Below, piece after piece: positions 29,946 to 39,759 of a stretch of DNA of 64,000 nucleotides (position 1 is the first letter of the stretch; each line of letters opens with the position of its first letter). Both the position numbers and the translations under genes were made by a program. The DNA is from Candidatus Moraniibacteriota bacterium (GTDB taxonomy: Bacteria; Patescibacteriota; Minisyncoccia; Moranbacterales; UBA9337): assembly GCA_029865125.1 (NCBI GenBank), contig JAOUHN010000001.1, positions 1,360 through 65,359 on the forward strand. Direction: 5' to 3'. A model generated the notes under the pieces. That model ran no database searches, had not been told where the DNA came from, and saw only the letters and a program-made list of their open reading frames with translations.

Positions 29946-30428
29946 TTAGCAAAAAATGCTTCCCATTATGTTCTGAAAAAAAACTAACTTATTTTTATAA
30001 AAAACCTGCTCCTTAGCAATGAAATAGCTCCAGTCACCATTTTTTTCAAAGACGTATTTCCAATCCTCAATTTCATATTTTTCAGGACCTCTAAGAGGAT
30101 TATTTTCATCAGTATTTCTAAGGGCTTCTTTTAGAAAAGCATAAGATTGATCTGGTTTTACTAAATCGTTTTCAATAAATTGTCCTTGATAAGCCATTGT
30201 CCAAAATGGCTTATTTTTATAGAAAACAATCTCTTTTCCGGGTGGAAAAATGTGGCCAGAATAGCTATCGTAATAAAGCCAATCATCTTTGGAAAATGAA
30301 TATTCAGTGTGTCCCAACATCTTTACCTTCTTACATCTGGTTAATGCTCTGTCTTCATCGGTTCCGGCATAAGTTTTTGAATGAGCTAAAAATAAAAATT
30401 TTTTAAACGCAGCTTCTTTTTTTATCAT
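29946..30428 (-). CDS. Hypothetical protein (160 aa, Trp/Tyr-rich)
   Basis: ORF only; divergent from the radical SAM operon. Confidence 0.45.
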   Translation of the reverse strand: MIKKEAAFKKFLFLAHSKTYAGTDEDRALTRCKKVKMLGHTEYSFSKDDWLYYDSYSGHIFPPGKEIVFYKNKPFWTMAYQGQFIENDLVKPDQSYAFLKEALRNTDENNPLRGPEKYEIEDWKYVFEKNGDWSYFIAKEQVFYKNKLVFFQNIMGSIFC

Positions 30429-30554
30429 TGACTTAGATTGAATTTAATGCTATATTTTTTTATCGAGCTCCTTAAGCCCGATAGTATCTTAATAATAGAA
30501 TAAACGTGAGAATAAGGCAATAAGCCAAAAACAAAGTCTTAGAGGAGATGATTT

Positions 30555-31523
30555 ATGACGAAACGAAAGAATGTGGTATGGAACTTAACTAAACTGTGTC
30601 CATTTGGATGCACCTTCTGCTGTGTGTCAGCAACTTACGTTAAAGGTTTTAAACAAGTTTTTTCTGTCAATGATGATACGCCTGTGATTGAAAGTGAATT
30701 ATCCTTCAACAAACAGTTGCAAGTAATTGATCAATTGGATGCTGAAAAGTTTAGGATCGACTTTTCAGGAGGAGATGTATTGATAAATCCACGAAACATT
30801 GATCTAATTATCTTGGCGTCTGAAAAATTTGGAGCGGAAAATATTGGGTTAAGCATCCCTGGCACATTTACAACTCCAAATAATTTAAGTAAGTTAACTG
30901 GAAGGATTAATGATGTTGAGATTACGATGGATACTACGCCGGATATAAATTATTCTTATCGTCCGCTAAATTATGCTGAACACGCTTCTGATGCTATAGC
31001 AAGATTGGTAGACGCAGGATTTTTTGTTGGAGTACAAACCGTGTTGCGCAGGGAAAATATGTTTAAAGAGACGATTAAAAGACTACACAAGCACTTATTG
31101 CTGCTTGGGGTAAAAAAATGGAGTTTTTTAAAATTTGCTCCTGTGGGAAGAGGCTATAGTAAGTGTGAAAATCATCCCAGTGACGAAGAATACCGTAAAT
31201 TTTCTGACGTCATAAAACACGTAACCCTGAACTCAATGATTGAGGTACATTATCAATACCTGATGCCGTTGAGTCCTGCAAGAGACTTTTATTGTCGTGC
31301 AATTAAAGATTCTATCGGCATTGCGCCAGACGGGACTGTAAGTTCTTGCTTTTGGGCTTTTAATCAAAATGGAAAACCTTTTGATGATGTTGTGTTAGGC
31401 AAGGTTCCAGAGGATAACATCCTTGATATTTTGAAATCTGAAAAAGCAAGAGAATGGCTTTCATATGGTAAAACCAAAAATTATTGTCCCCTTAAAAAAA
31501 TTCTCAGAGGAGGAGTGATATGA
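30555..31523 (+). CDS. Radical SAM enzyme (CxxxCxxC) with C-terminal Cys-containing SPASM/twitch-like region
   Basis: N-terminal LCPFGCTFCC (Cx3Cx2C), FSGGDVL (GGE-like SAM motif), and C-terminal SSCFWAF...NYCP. 322 aa. Confidence 0.75.
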   Translation: MTKRKNVVWNLTKLCPFGCTFCCVSATYVKGFKQVFSVNDDTPVIESELSFNKQLQVIDQLDAEKFRIDFSGGDVLINPRNIDLIILASEKFGAENIGLSIPGTFTTPNNLSKLTGRINDVEITMDTTPDINYSYRPLNYAEHASDAIARLVDAGFFVGVQTVLRRENMFKETIKRLHKHLLLLGVKKWSFLKFAPVGRGYSKCENHPSDEEYRKFSDVIKHVTLNSMIEVHYQYLMPLSPARDFYCRAIKDSIGIAPDGTVSSCFWAFNQNGKPFDDVVLGKVPEDNILDILKSEKAREWLSYGKTKNYCPLKKILRGGVI

Positions 31524-32494
31524 ATTATGCATTGATGACTTTTCTTTACAATTTTTTTGACCTAGGTTGCTTTTTATGGAGCATGCAACTTTTCGGACTA
31601 AAAGAAGGGTCCATTATTTTTGTCTTTGCAAAAATTGGAAGACTCTCTGTAGAAACCATCAAAGTAAAGTCGTTCCACATTGTTTTTGGAGTATTCTTCT
31701 TCGGAATAGTTTTGGGAATAATCTCCGTGTACACTACCTGGTTATTTACTTGCCTAGGAGCCCCTTTTGTTATATTTGGCATATCCAAAATAAGGGAATA
31801 TTTTGGGATATTAGAAAAACCGCCCAGAAGGTACAAAATACTATCCAGAATGGTAGGGTTTTGTTTGGCTCCACTATTTAACTTTTGGGTTTTAATTCCA
31901 TTTTTTTGCTATTTAGCTTTTAGCTTGCGCAATCAAAATGAGATTAAAAGTGAGAGGAGAGCACCCCTTTTCCCTTATTTAGAACAACACGAATGGCAAT
32001 ATACATTACTAATCACTCATCAGATTCATTATTTTGCATACGCATTTCTGGTGCCGTACACAGCATGTGCCATTTTCAACGTAAATATCATGTTTGCTGG
32101 AATCATTTTTTTTATTGGTTGGGGCGCATATAACCTGTACGAAAAAATTCTAGCGCATAAATTAAAATACGTTGCTTATGGGCACTTCATTGCCGGATTT
32201 GGAGTTTGCATCATATTATTCTTTCAGCAAAGCTTACTGGCGTTAATTATCGGTTGGTTTATAACTGGAATTGGTGGTGGAACTTTTTATATTATAAAAA
32301 GTAAGCTACCAGATGACATCGGGAAAGCAGAAGTTGTAGAGCTTTGGGGTCAGTTACTCGGAATGGCCTTATTTGCTATAGGAGTAAATTTCGCAAATAG
32401 TAGTTATCTCTATTTTTCTGCTATAATATTTGCAACCGCAACATCCGTAATCGCATTATTTTTAGAGAAAGACTATGTCAGAAATAACAGCTAA
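31520..32494 (+). CDS. Polytopic membrane protein (8-10 TM helices), unknown function
   Basis: Start overlaps the upstream stop (ATGA) and its 3' end overlaps the next gene by 20 nt, indicating translational coupling. Confidence 0.6.
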   Translation: MNYALMTFLYNFFDLGCFLWSMQLFGLKEGSIIFVFAKIGRLSVETIKVKSFHIVFGVFFFGIVLGIISVYTTWLFTCLGAPFVIFGISKIREYFGILEKPPRRYKILSRMVGFCLAPLFNFWVLIPFFCYLAFSLRNQNEIKSERRAPLFPYLEQHEWQYTLLITHQIHYFAYAFLVPYTACAIFNVNIMFAGIIFFIGWGAYNLYEKILAHKLKYVAYGHFIAGFGVCIILFFQQSLLALIIGWFITGIGGGTFYIIKSKLPDDIGKAEVVELWGQLLGMALFAIGVNFANSSYLYFSAIIFATATSVIALFLEKDYVRNNS

Positions 32495-33275
32495 AACAAT
32501 AATTACCAAGAGTAAGCTTCCAGAAGTGGACTACTGTTTTAATCCCTACATCGGCTGTACTCATCGTTGTGCCTATTGCTATGCCAGGTTTATGAGTAGA
32601 TTCACTGGGCACACAAACGAAAAATGGGGCACCTATCTGGATTGGAAGATTAATGCCCCAGAACTCTTAAGAGAGGAGGCTTCTCGAATCAAAAAAAAGG
32701 GCGGTGTGGTTATTCTTGGCAGTGTAACTGATTGCTATCAACCCATAGAAAGCAAGCTTGAGTTGACACGTAAGTGTCTGGAAGTGTTTTTGGAATACCA
32801 GATCCCAATTTCTATCCTTACAAAAAGTAGTCTGGTTGAGCGAGATTTTGACTTACTCAGTCAGCTTAAATATTGTGAGATAGGGATTAGCTTAAGTATT
32901 CTTAACAAAGAACAACAAAAAGCTCTCGAGCCCGGAGCTTCGAGTCCAATGGAGCGAATTAGGGTTCTGAAAAGAGCTTTCGATTTAGGCTTAAACACCT
33001 ATGCCTTTATTGGGCCAATTCATCCATTCCTTGGAGAAACGGAGAAGGTTATTAGGGAAGTTTGTCCATATGTTAATTTCATTATGGGTGAAATTCCAAA
33101 TCTCCGTTGTGGCAACTGGAAAGACTTTAGTCAAACATTGAAAGAGCTAAAGATTAATCCAGTAGATTATAGAAAAGTCGCCGAAAGCGATGAATTTTAT
33201 AAAAAAGCCGATGGACTGCTTAAAAAATTGTGCGAAGAATGTTCCGTAGAATATAGAGGCACATTTAAGCACTAG
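32475..33275 (+). CDS. SplB-family (DNA-repair-photolyase-like, COG1533-type) radical SAM protein
   Basis: FNPYIGCTHRCAYCYARF matches the NPYxGCxxxCxYC[YF]A signature. 266 aa. Confidence 0.75.
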   Translation: MSEITAKTIITKSKLPEVDYCFNPYIGCTHRCAYCYARFMSRFTGHTNEKWGTYLDWKINAPELLREEASRIKKKGGVVILGSVTDCYQPIESKLELTRKCLEVFLEYQIPISILTKSSLVERDFDLLSQLKYCEIGISLSILNKEQQKALEPGASSPMERIRVLKRAFDLGLNTYAFIGPIHPFLGETEKVIREVCPYVNFIMGEIPNLRCGNWKDFSQTLKELKINPVDYRKVAESDEFYKKADGLLKKLCEECSVEYRGTFKH

Positions 33276-33290
33276 GCTCTTAAATTTAAC

Positions 33291-33335
33291 GCTCCCCAGT
33301 AAGATGTATCTTACTGGGGAGTTTTATTTTTGGGT
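33291..33335 (+). terminator. Operon terminator (CCCCAGTAAGAT-GTA-TCTTACTGGGG plus T-rich tail)
   Basis: A 12-bp perfect stem. Confidence 0.7.
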
Positions 33336-33714
33336 AATCAATAAAACAAATCTGTCGAGGTTAATAGCTTAAAATTTTCTTTATTTTCAAGCAAAAAAGT
33401 TCGAACTTCGTTCACTTGTCCCCGCAAACGAATTGAGGCTTTTTTAAGCCTCTTTTTTGATACAAAATTTTGGACAAAGATACAGACTCGAATTTTTAAA
33501 GCGAACAAGAAGAAAGAAACTCTGATTCAAAAAATGAGCCTAATTTATTGATTTCCTCTTGTTTTTTTGAAAAATTCCTTCATACTAAAGGCGCTAAGTT
33601 AGTCAGAGAAGCACGGCTCAAAAAGACAACTAACTCCTTAAAGCAAATGACTGAAAAGAGGCTGAAAAATGAGTGCCATAATAATAGTGTGCTTAAAACA
33701 CAGCAGTAACATTT

Positions 33715-34203
33715 ATGACTATTAAAAAATATATAATTTCTGCAGGATTGATATTTAATAAAAAAAATCAAATTCTTTTAGTCAAACACACCCCAGAGTT
33801 TGGATCGGATTATTATTGGACTGTCCCTGGGGGCTCGGCTAACGAGAATGAAGATAAGATAACCGCTCTGTTAAGAGAAGTCAAAGAGGAAACAGGAGTT
33901 GATATATGTAAAATAAGCAAACTTGTTTACAAAGTTAAGCACATTAATTACAAAAGAGAGTGGGATCATGACATTTACACTTATAAAATTGATAATTGGA
34001 AGGGTGACTTGGTGATAAATGATCCCGATAATGACACAGTTGATTTGAAATGGTTTGATATAGATAAAGCAATTAATGTGCTTAAGAAAAATCCATTTAG
34101 AGTTATAAAAGAGCCGTTGATTGATTATCTAATTGGAAAAGAACGAATAAAAAACTGGGATTATTTAGAAGATAAAAACGGAAAAATAGCGCGCATTTTA
34201 TAA
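33715..34203 (+). CDS. NUDIX hydrolase
   Basis: Nudix box GGSANENEDKITALLREVKEETGV (GX5EX7REVXEEXG). 162 aa. Confidence 0.85.
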   Translation: MTIKKYIISAGLIFNKKNQILLVKHTPEFGSDYYWTVPGGSANENEDKITALLREVKEETGVDICKISKLVYKVKHINYKREWDHDIYTYKIDNWKGDLVINDPDNDTVDLKWFDIDKAINVLKKNPFRVIKEPLIDYLIGKERIKNWDYLEDKNGKIARIL

Positions 34204-34364
34204 AAAGCCTATTTTAGGGATAGTTTTGTTTAAGTGCTAGCTTATTTTTTATTCCCCCAAAACCAACCTCTCTCACAACAAAAAAGTGAATAAGATGAAA
34301 TACATAGGTAACACTATAAATTTAGTAAAATTAAAAAATAATAACTTAAAATAATTAAAATTCC

Positions 34365-34562
34365 ATACCTGTCATTCCGGAAAATATATTTTTCAGTCTG
34401 AGTAATCGAAAACTTGAAAAATAGTTTATCCGGAATCTACGCTAACAATAGCCCCAGAATTACTATATCATCTCAGATTATATACAGCGTAGATTCCGGA
34501 TAAGTTAATTTCTTTGAGCTCGATTACTCGCTCAAGAAATTATACTTTCCGGAATGACAAGA
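34365..34562. repeat. Roughly 200-bp nested imperfect palindrome (MITE-like long hairpin)
   Basis: Perfect outer inverted repeat TGTCATTCCGGAAA (34368-34381 with 34546-34559). Perfect inner inverted repeat TATCCGGAATCTACGCT (34428-34444 with 34485-34501). Arms are colinear with equal 43-nt spacers of about 65% identity (GAGTAATCGA / TCGATTACTC). Confidence 0.8.
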
Positions 34563-34633
34563 TAAAGAGAAAGGCTTCAATTAATTCTTAAACTTAGTAT
34601 ACCATGCGTGCTATTTTAATACTCAAGAGAAAA

Positions 34634-34807
34634 TGAAGGTGATTGCTAATCTCACGGACAAATATCTGAATGAAAAAAGCATAACACCTTCTAAAGTTTT
34701 AGAGTTCATGGGATGCGCACCTGCGGCCATAAAGCAAATTGAATCCGGAATCACCCTCCAGGATCCCTATGTAAAGTTTCTTATGCTGATCGTTAAAAGT
34801 GATTAAA
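34634..34807 (+). CDS. Possible small ORF (57 aa) next to the palindrome
   Basis: MKVIANLTDKYLNEKSITPSKVLEFMGCAPAAIKQIESGITLQDPYVKFLMLIVKSD. Contains a CAGGATCCC repeat-core fragment. Weak support. Confidence 0.2.
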
Positions 34808-35055
34808 ATCACACGACAAATACAAATCTTTACTTCCACCTAGAACATAGATTAACATCTTAGTTCCAGGCGGTTTTTTATTTCCCAAAAACCAATTTCT
34901 CACACAACAAAAAAGGCTTCGGGGTTTGAATTCGGGGTTTGACGTTTAGCATTGACATTTCTTCTTTTTTGGCCTATCCTGGACTATCTGATTTAATTCC
35001 ACCACACCGCGCAATACTTTATCAATCCAATTATTTCTGCTACCATATAAACATT

Positions 35056-36216
35056 ATGAAAACTTTTTTACTTCGTTATCAAAAAAAAATCGTCTTCTCT
35101 GCGCTAGCTTTATTATTGCTTGCGCTTTTTGGCATTGGCGCTTTTTGGGTTGATTCCAAAACTCACCCTTTTTCTTCCAAGCAACAATCCATTGAAAATA
35201 CTCAGGTCGATTCACCCAGCATAACTCCTGAAATTGAGATCCTCCCCTCAACACCCGAAGCTCCTGAAGAATCAATGGATGCTCCAACTGAAGAATTAGT
35301 GGAAGAATCAACCGAGGAGACTACTCTTGAAAATGAAGAGGGAGAAGAAGAATTGGCAACCACAGAGGAGCTAGAAATGTTGCCACCTGTCACAAAAACT
35401 CATGGATCAGACGAACTTCGAATTGGTTTTTTGACGGATCTTCATGCAAGATCCAATGCTGGGATTCCAGAATCTAATCGAGTCATCAAGCCATTCTTTA
35501 AAAACATAATCACTTCTTTTGTCACACAAATGAATAATGATTTCGGGGCTGACTTCTTGCTTCTCAATGGAGATGTAATTGAAGGAACAGGAAGAAATGC
35601 CACTGTTGGAATGGGCGAGTTGAAATCACTGAAAAAATTGTTCGATCTCACTCAAATCAAAAAATATTGGGTCATCGGGAATCACGATGTTCGCGCTGTG
35701 AACAAAAAACAATGGCAGCAAGCACTTGAAATTGACTATTTGTACGACTACTTTGATAAAGGTGACTACAGAATCATCATGCTGGATAGTAATTTTGATG
35801 ACCTAGACAAAAACATCGCACCTGGAGATTATTTTACTCGAGGAGGTGTTTCTCAAAAACAACTTCAATGGCTAGAAAGAGCTTTGGACACAAAAAAAAC
35901 AAAGATTGTTTTCATGCACCACCCTCCGCTTAAAAATATCGGGATTCATCCTGATTCAGGATTACTCTACAATGCCCCTGAGCTTCAAGAGATCTTTTCA
36001 AAAAACGAAGTAACCGCTGTATTTTTCGGACATCTTGAATATTCCTATCAAAGCGAAGTGAATGGTGTCAAATATTTCATGATTCCCGGCGCCACAAAAA
36101 ATGAGAACTACCAAGGAACTTTTGCAGAAATCAAAATCAAAAACCAGACTATTGAACTAACTCTCAACTATCTCGACAAAAGTGGATTCTATAAATCAAA
36201 AAAGGTTTTTAACTAA
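35056..36216 (+). CDS. Calcineurin-like metallophosphoesterase with N-terminal signal-anchor
   Basis: Motifs GFLTDLHAR (GDxH), LLNGDVIEG (GDxx), VIGNHDV (GNH[DE]), FMHHPP and FGHLEY. Start taken at MKTFLL (ATG 35056). Confidence 0.8.
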   Translation: MKTFLLRYQKKIVFSALALLLLALFGIGAFWVDSKTHPFSSKQQSIENTQVDSPSITPEIEILPSTPEAPEESMDAPTEELVEESTEETTLENEEGEEELATTEELEMLPPVTKTHGSDELRIGFLTDLHARSNAGIPESNRVIKPFFKNIITSFVTQMNNDFGADFLLLNGDVIEGTGRNATVGMGELKSLKKLFDLTQIKKYWVIGNHDVRAVNKKQWQQALEIDYLYDYFDKGDYRIIMLDSNFDDLDKNIAPGDYFTRGGVSQKQLQWLERALDTKKTKIVFMHHPPLKNIGIHPDSGLLYNAPELQEIFSKNEVTAVFFGHLEYSYQSEVNGVKYFMIPGATKNENYQGTFAEIKIKNQTIELTLNYLDKSGFYKSKKVFN

Positions 36217-36235
36217 ACCCACCTCTATTTCAGTT

Positions 36236-36272
36236 TAAACAAAAACAAGGTTTTACACCTTGTTTTTGTTTT
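36236..36272. terminator. Bidirectional terminator (ACAAGGT-TTTAC-ACCTTGT)
   Basis: Lies between the convergent phosphoesterase and pilC. Confidence 0.65.
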
Positions 36273-36291
36273 TCCAAAAATATTTTTCAAT

Positions 36292-37512
36292 CTAATTAAT
36301 GTTTTCCATAAGACCATACATTGGTTGAAGCATGGCTACTGCAAAGAATCCAACGGCACTTCCCATGACAACCATAAGCACTGGCTCGATCACAGAAGAA
36401 AGGTTTTTTGTGATCTGATTTACTTCCTCCTCATAGAACTCCGCTAATTTCAAAAACATAGACTCACTTTTTCCTGTCTCTTCTCCAACCTCAGCCATTT
36501 GACCCACCAATGGAGGAAATATTTTCTTGTTCGAATTGATAATACTACTCAAAGAAACACCTTTTTGAATGTCTTCGGAAGCTTTGGCTAAAACACTCTT
36601 ATATTCATAATTTGAAAGAGTATTAGAAATAATGTCTAGCGCATCAAGAACTGACACACCACTCTTGAGAAGAGAGCTATAGATTCTGGAAAATCTAGCA
36701 CAATTCACCTTAATAACAATATTCTTCGTTATTGGAGCATTCAACACCAAAAAGCTCAGTGTTTTTTTTCCAGGAACGGTTCCCAAAAAAATTTTCAAAA
36801 ATATTCCTCCGACTACAACCGCAATGGCAATAGCAACGAGATTATTTCTGAGCAGATCACTCGCATCCACAATGAATTGAGTGCTGGCTGGAAGCTCTAC
36901 ATCCATGTCAGCAAATACTCCTGTGATTTTAGGAAGAATATACGTGAGCATCAAAACTCCAACACCACTCATAGCCACAACAATCACAGCTGGATACATC
37001 ATCGCCCCCTTCACTTTGCTCCGAAGCGCGCTTTCTTTTTCAAGCTGAATTGCAACAATTGTGAGTACTTCTTCCAAATTTCCTCCGATTTCTCCAACTC
37101 GCACCATGTTTACAAATAAATCATCAAACGCGTTTGGATGTTCTGCCATTGATTCACTCAAACTTTTTCCCGCTTGAATGTCTTTATACATCTTTGCCAG
37201 GATTCCTTTGAAAGTCTTGTTCTGTACCTGAACTGAAAGATTGTCCAATGCTTTTCCGATGCTGAGCCCTGATTCAACCATCACGGCAAGATTTCTTGCA
37301 AATATCATCTTTTCCTTAAGCGGAACAGAAAACAAATTGAAATTCATCTTAGTTTTGATTCCTTTTTCCTGGTCTTTAGACTCTTGAATTGAAGTCACCA
37401 AAAAACCCTCGGCCTTAATTTGAGCAACCGCTGATTGTTCAGTTTTTGCTACGATTTCTCCCCCTTTGGTCTTTCCATCATAGCTTTTTGCTGTATACAA
37501 AAACTTTGCCAT
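36292..37512 (-). CDS. pilC: Type IV pilus / T2SS inner-membrane platform protein (PilC/GspF family)
   Basis: Two GspF-type repeats with three TM helices. 406 aa. Confidence 0.9.
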   Translation of the reverse strand: MAKFLYTAKSYDGKTKGGEIVAKTEQSAVAQIKAEGFLVTSIQESKDQEKGIKTKMNFNLFSVPLKEKMIFARNLAVMVESGLSIGKALDNLSVQVQNKTFKGILAKMYKDIQAGKSLSESMAEHPNAFDDLFVNMVRVGEIGGNLEEVLTIVAIQLEKESALRSKVKGAMMYPAVIVVAMSGVGVLMLTYILPKITGVFADMDVELPASTQFIVDASDLLRNNLVAIAIAVVVGGIFLKIFLGTVPGKKTLSFLVLNAPITKNIVIKVNCARFSRIYSSLLKSGVSVLDALDIISNTLSNYEYKSVLAKASEDIQKGVSLSSIINSNKKIFPPLVGQMAEVGEETGKSESMFLKLAEFYEEEVNQITKNLSSVIEPVLMVVMGSAVGFFAVAMLQPMYGLMENIN

Positions 37513-37533
37513 ATTTTTTTACCCTACACTAAA

Positions 37534-39318
37534 TTATTCCTTTGTTACTCTCAACACCTCTTCTACGGAAGTAATTCCTTGAAGTGCTTTCAAAAATCCG
37601 TCTTCAACCATGGTTGACATTCCATTTTCTTTAGCTTGCTTCTCAATAACTTCCGTTGCAGCGGCCTGTGAAACCAATTTTCTAATCGATTCATCCATTT
37701 CCAAAACCTCATAGATTCCCATTCTTCCTTTATATCCGTCACTACATCTCTCACATCCTTTTTTCCTAAAAAAACTAACCGTTGTCCATGTGTCTTTTGG
37801 TTTTATCTTTCCCTTGAGCGCATCAGCACTCTTAACAAATTCTAGAATTTCATCCATATTATAACTATCTCGAAGTGTAGCAAGTTCTTTTTCGTTTATC
37901 TTATATTCTTCGCGACATTCTGGACATAGTTTTCGAACCAAACGTTGCGCGATTATAACATTTACCGTTGAAGCTACCAAAAAGGGCTCCGCACCCATAT
38001 CCAAAAGACGAGGAAGTGTAGCTGCAGCACTATTTGTGTGAAGAGTGGAGAGAACCAAATGACCTGTCATAGCAGCATGCATGGCAATTTCCATAGTTTC
38101 TTGATCGCGAATTTCTCCAACCATGATAATATCCGGATCTTGACGAAGAAGCGAACGCAAAGTAGCTGCAAAAGTAAGATTTATCTTAGGCTTAATTTGA
38201 GTTTGATTCACTCCGCTCATTCGATATTCAACAGGATCTTCCGCAGTACTAATGTTTACTTCAGGAACATTCAAAATATCCAAAACGGTATACAGAGTGG
38301 TTGTTTTTCCGGATCCCGTAGGTCCAGTCACCAAAATCATTCCGTTTGGCTTATTAATTTCTCTATGAATAATCTCAAGTGGTCTTGGCTGAAATCCCAT
38401 CATTTCCAAAGTGAGACCCTTGGAAGACTCATCCAAAAGACGCATTACGATCTTTTCTCCATCAAAAATAGGAAGGATGCTAACACGAAAAGAAATTTTA
38501 TACCCCTCTTTTTCAATTTTAAATCTTCCGTCTTGAGGAAGTCTGTGTTCATCTAACTTTAAGTTAGATAAAACCTTAATTCTCGCTACAATTCCCGGCA
38601 AAACCTGCTTTGGAAGAGTCATGGCTTCGTGCAAAATTCCATCAATACGATAACGAACGCGCACTTCTTTTTCATCTGGCTCAATGTGAATATCACTTGC
38701 TGACTGCAAAATAGCATGCTTAAGAAGTGTGTCCACCACACGCACAACAGGAAGATCTTCTGCAACCTTTGCCAAATTTTGATCCTTATCATCACCTTCC
38801 TCATCACCTTCTTTGCGAATACCTGTTGTAACTCCCTCCAAATCCTGCGAATCAGTGTCGATAATATCTCCAAATTCTGCTTTTAAACTCTTTTCATATT
38901 GCTTAATCGCAGCCTCTAGCGCTTCTCTTGAAGCAATACAAGGAACGATTTTGAGTCCTGTCTTTTTCTTAATAAAATCAATGGTTTGCAAGTCATCCGG
39001 GTGAAGCATTGCCACTCTCAATTCTCCTCCTGTCTTTTCAAATGCAACAATGTTGTGTTTTTTTGCAATGGGCTCAGGAATAATTTGCAAAATTTCCGGA
39101 TCAATTTGATTTTTTCCCAAATCGACATATGGAATTCCCAAAATATAAGCACGCATTTTCCCCAACTCTGCCTCATCCACAAGCTCCGCTTCCAGCAACA
39201 AGTCACCGAGTTGCTTCCCGGTTTTTTCTGCATCTTGAAATTTTTGCTCCAAAACCTTCGGATCTACTAATTCTGCATCCAAAAGGAATTCTTTTAACTG
39301 TTGATTTCCGATTCTCAT
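37534..39318 (-). CDS. pilB: Type IV pilus assembly ATPase (PilB/GspE family)
   Basis: Walker A GPTGSGKTTTLY, Asp and His boxes, tetracysteine CPEC...CERC, and an N-terminal GSPII domain. 594 aa. Confidence 0.95.
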   Translation of the reverse strand: MRIGNQQLKEFLLDAELVDPKVLEQKFQDAEKTGKQLGDLLLEAELVDEAELGKMRAYILGIPYVDLGKNQIDPEILQIIPEPIAKKHNIVAFEKTGGELRVAMLHPDDLQTIDFIKKKTGLKIVPCIASREALEAAIKQYEKSLKAEFGDIIDTDSQDLEGVTTGIRKEGDEEGDDKDQNLAKVAEDLPVVRVVDTLLKHAILQSASDIHIEPDEKEVRVRYRIDGILHEAMTLPKQVLPGIVARIKVLSNLKLDEHRLPQDGRFKIEKEGYKISFRVSILPIFDGEKIVMRLLDESSKGLTLEMMGFQPRPLEIIHREINKPNGMILVTGPTGSGKTTTLYTVLDILNVPEVNISTAEDPVEYRMSGVNQTQIKPKINLTFAATLRSLLRQDPDIIMVGEIRDQETMEIAMHAAMTGHLVLSTLHTNSAAATLPRLLDMGAEPFLVASTVNVIIAQRLVRKLCPECREEYKINEKELATLRDSYNMDEILEFVKSADALKGKIKPKDTWTTVSFFRKKGCERCSDGYKGRMGIYEVLEMDESIRKLVSQAAATEVIEKQAKENGMSTMVEDGFLKALQGITSVEEVLRVTKE

Positions 39319-39379
39319 TTTGTTTTTATTTTTTTATAAGATGCCGATATGTGTCTAGAATAGCTTGCATTTGCAAAAA

Positions 39380-39751
39380 CTAACTCATGATGGATCTTAT
39401 TTTTTCCACAATTTCTTGCAACTTATAATCTCCTTTTACTAAATAGTTAGTAGCACCGAGCTCCAGTGCTTTCTCAATATTATCTAAACCAGCCAAATTA
39501 GTCAGAATTACAACAGGAATATCTTTGATTTTCTCATCTTTTTTTATTTCCGCCAAAACTTCATATCCATTCTTTCGAGGAAGCACAATATCAAGCAAAA
39601 TCAAATCAGGCAACTCTTTCTTTGCAACCTTAACTCCCATTTCACCATCTGATGCAGCCATTGCTTCGAAATCTTCTTTTTTCAAAAATTCCATCAATGT
39701 ATCTCTCAGTATAGCGTCATCTTCTATTAACAATATTTTATTTTTTTTCAT
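39380..39751 (-). CDS. Stand-alone response-regulator receiver (CheY-like)
   Basis: ILLIEDD...DLILLDIVLP...K; 123 aa with no output domain. Confidence 0.85.
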   Translation of the reverse strand: MKKNKILLIEDDAILRDTLMEFLKKEDFEAMAASDGEMGVKVAKKELPDLILLDIVLPRKNGYEVLAEIKKDEKIKDIPVVILTNLAGLDNIEKALELGATNYLVKGDYKLQEIVEKIRSIMS

Positions 39752-39759
39752 ATTTTTCC

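Noticed and set aside
33580-33771. 63-aa minus-strand ORF
   Set aside because: It overlaps the NUDIX gene start and its promoter region, and has no support.
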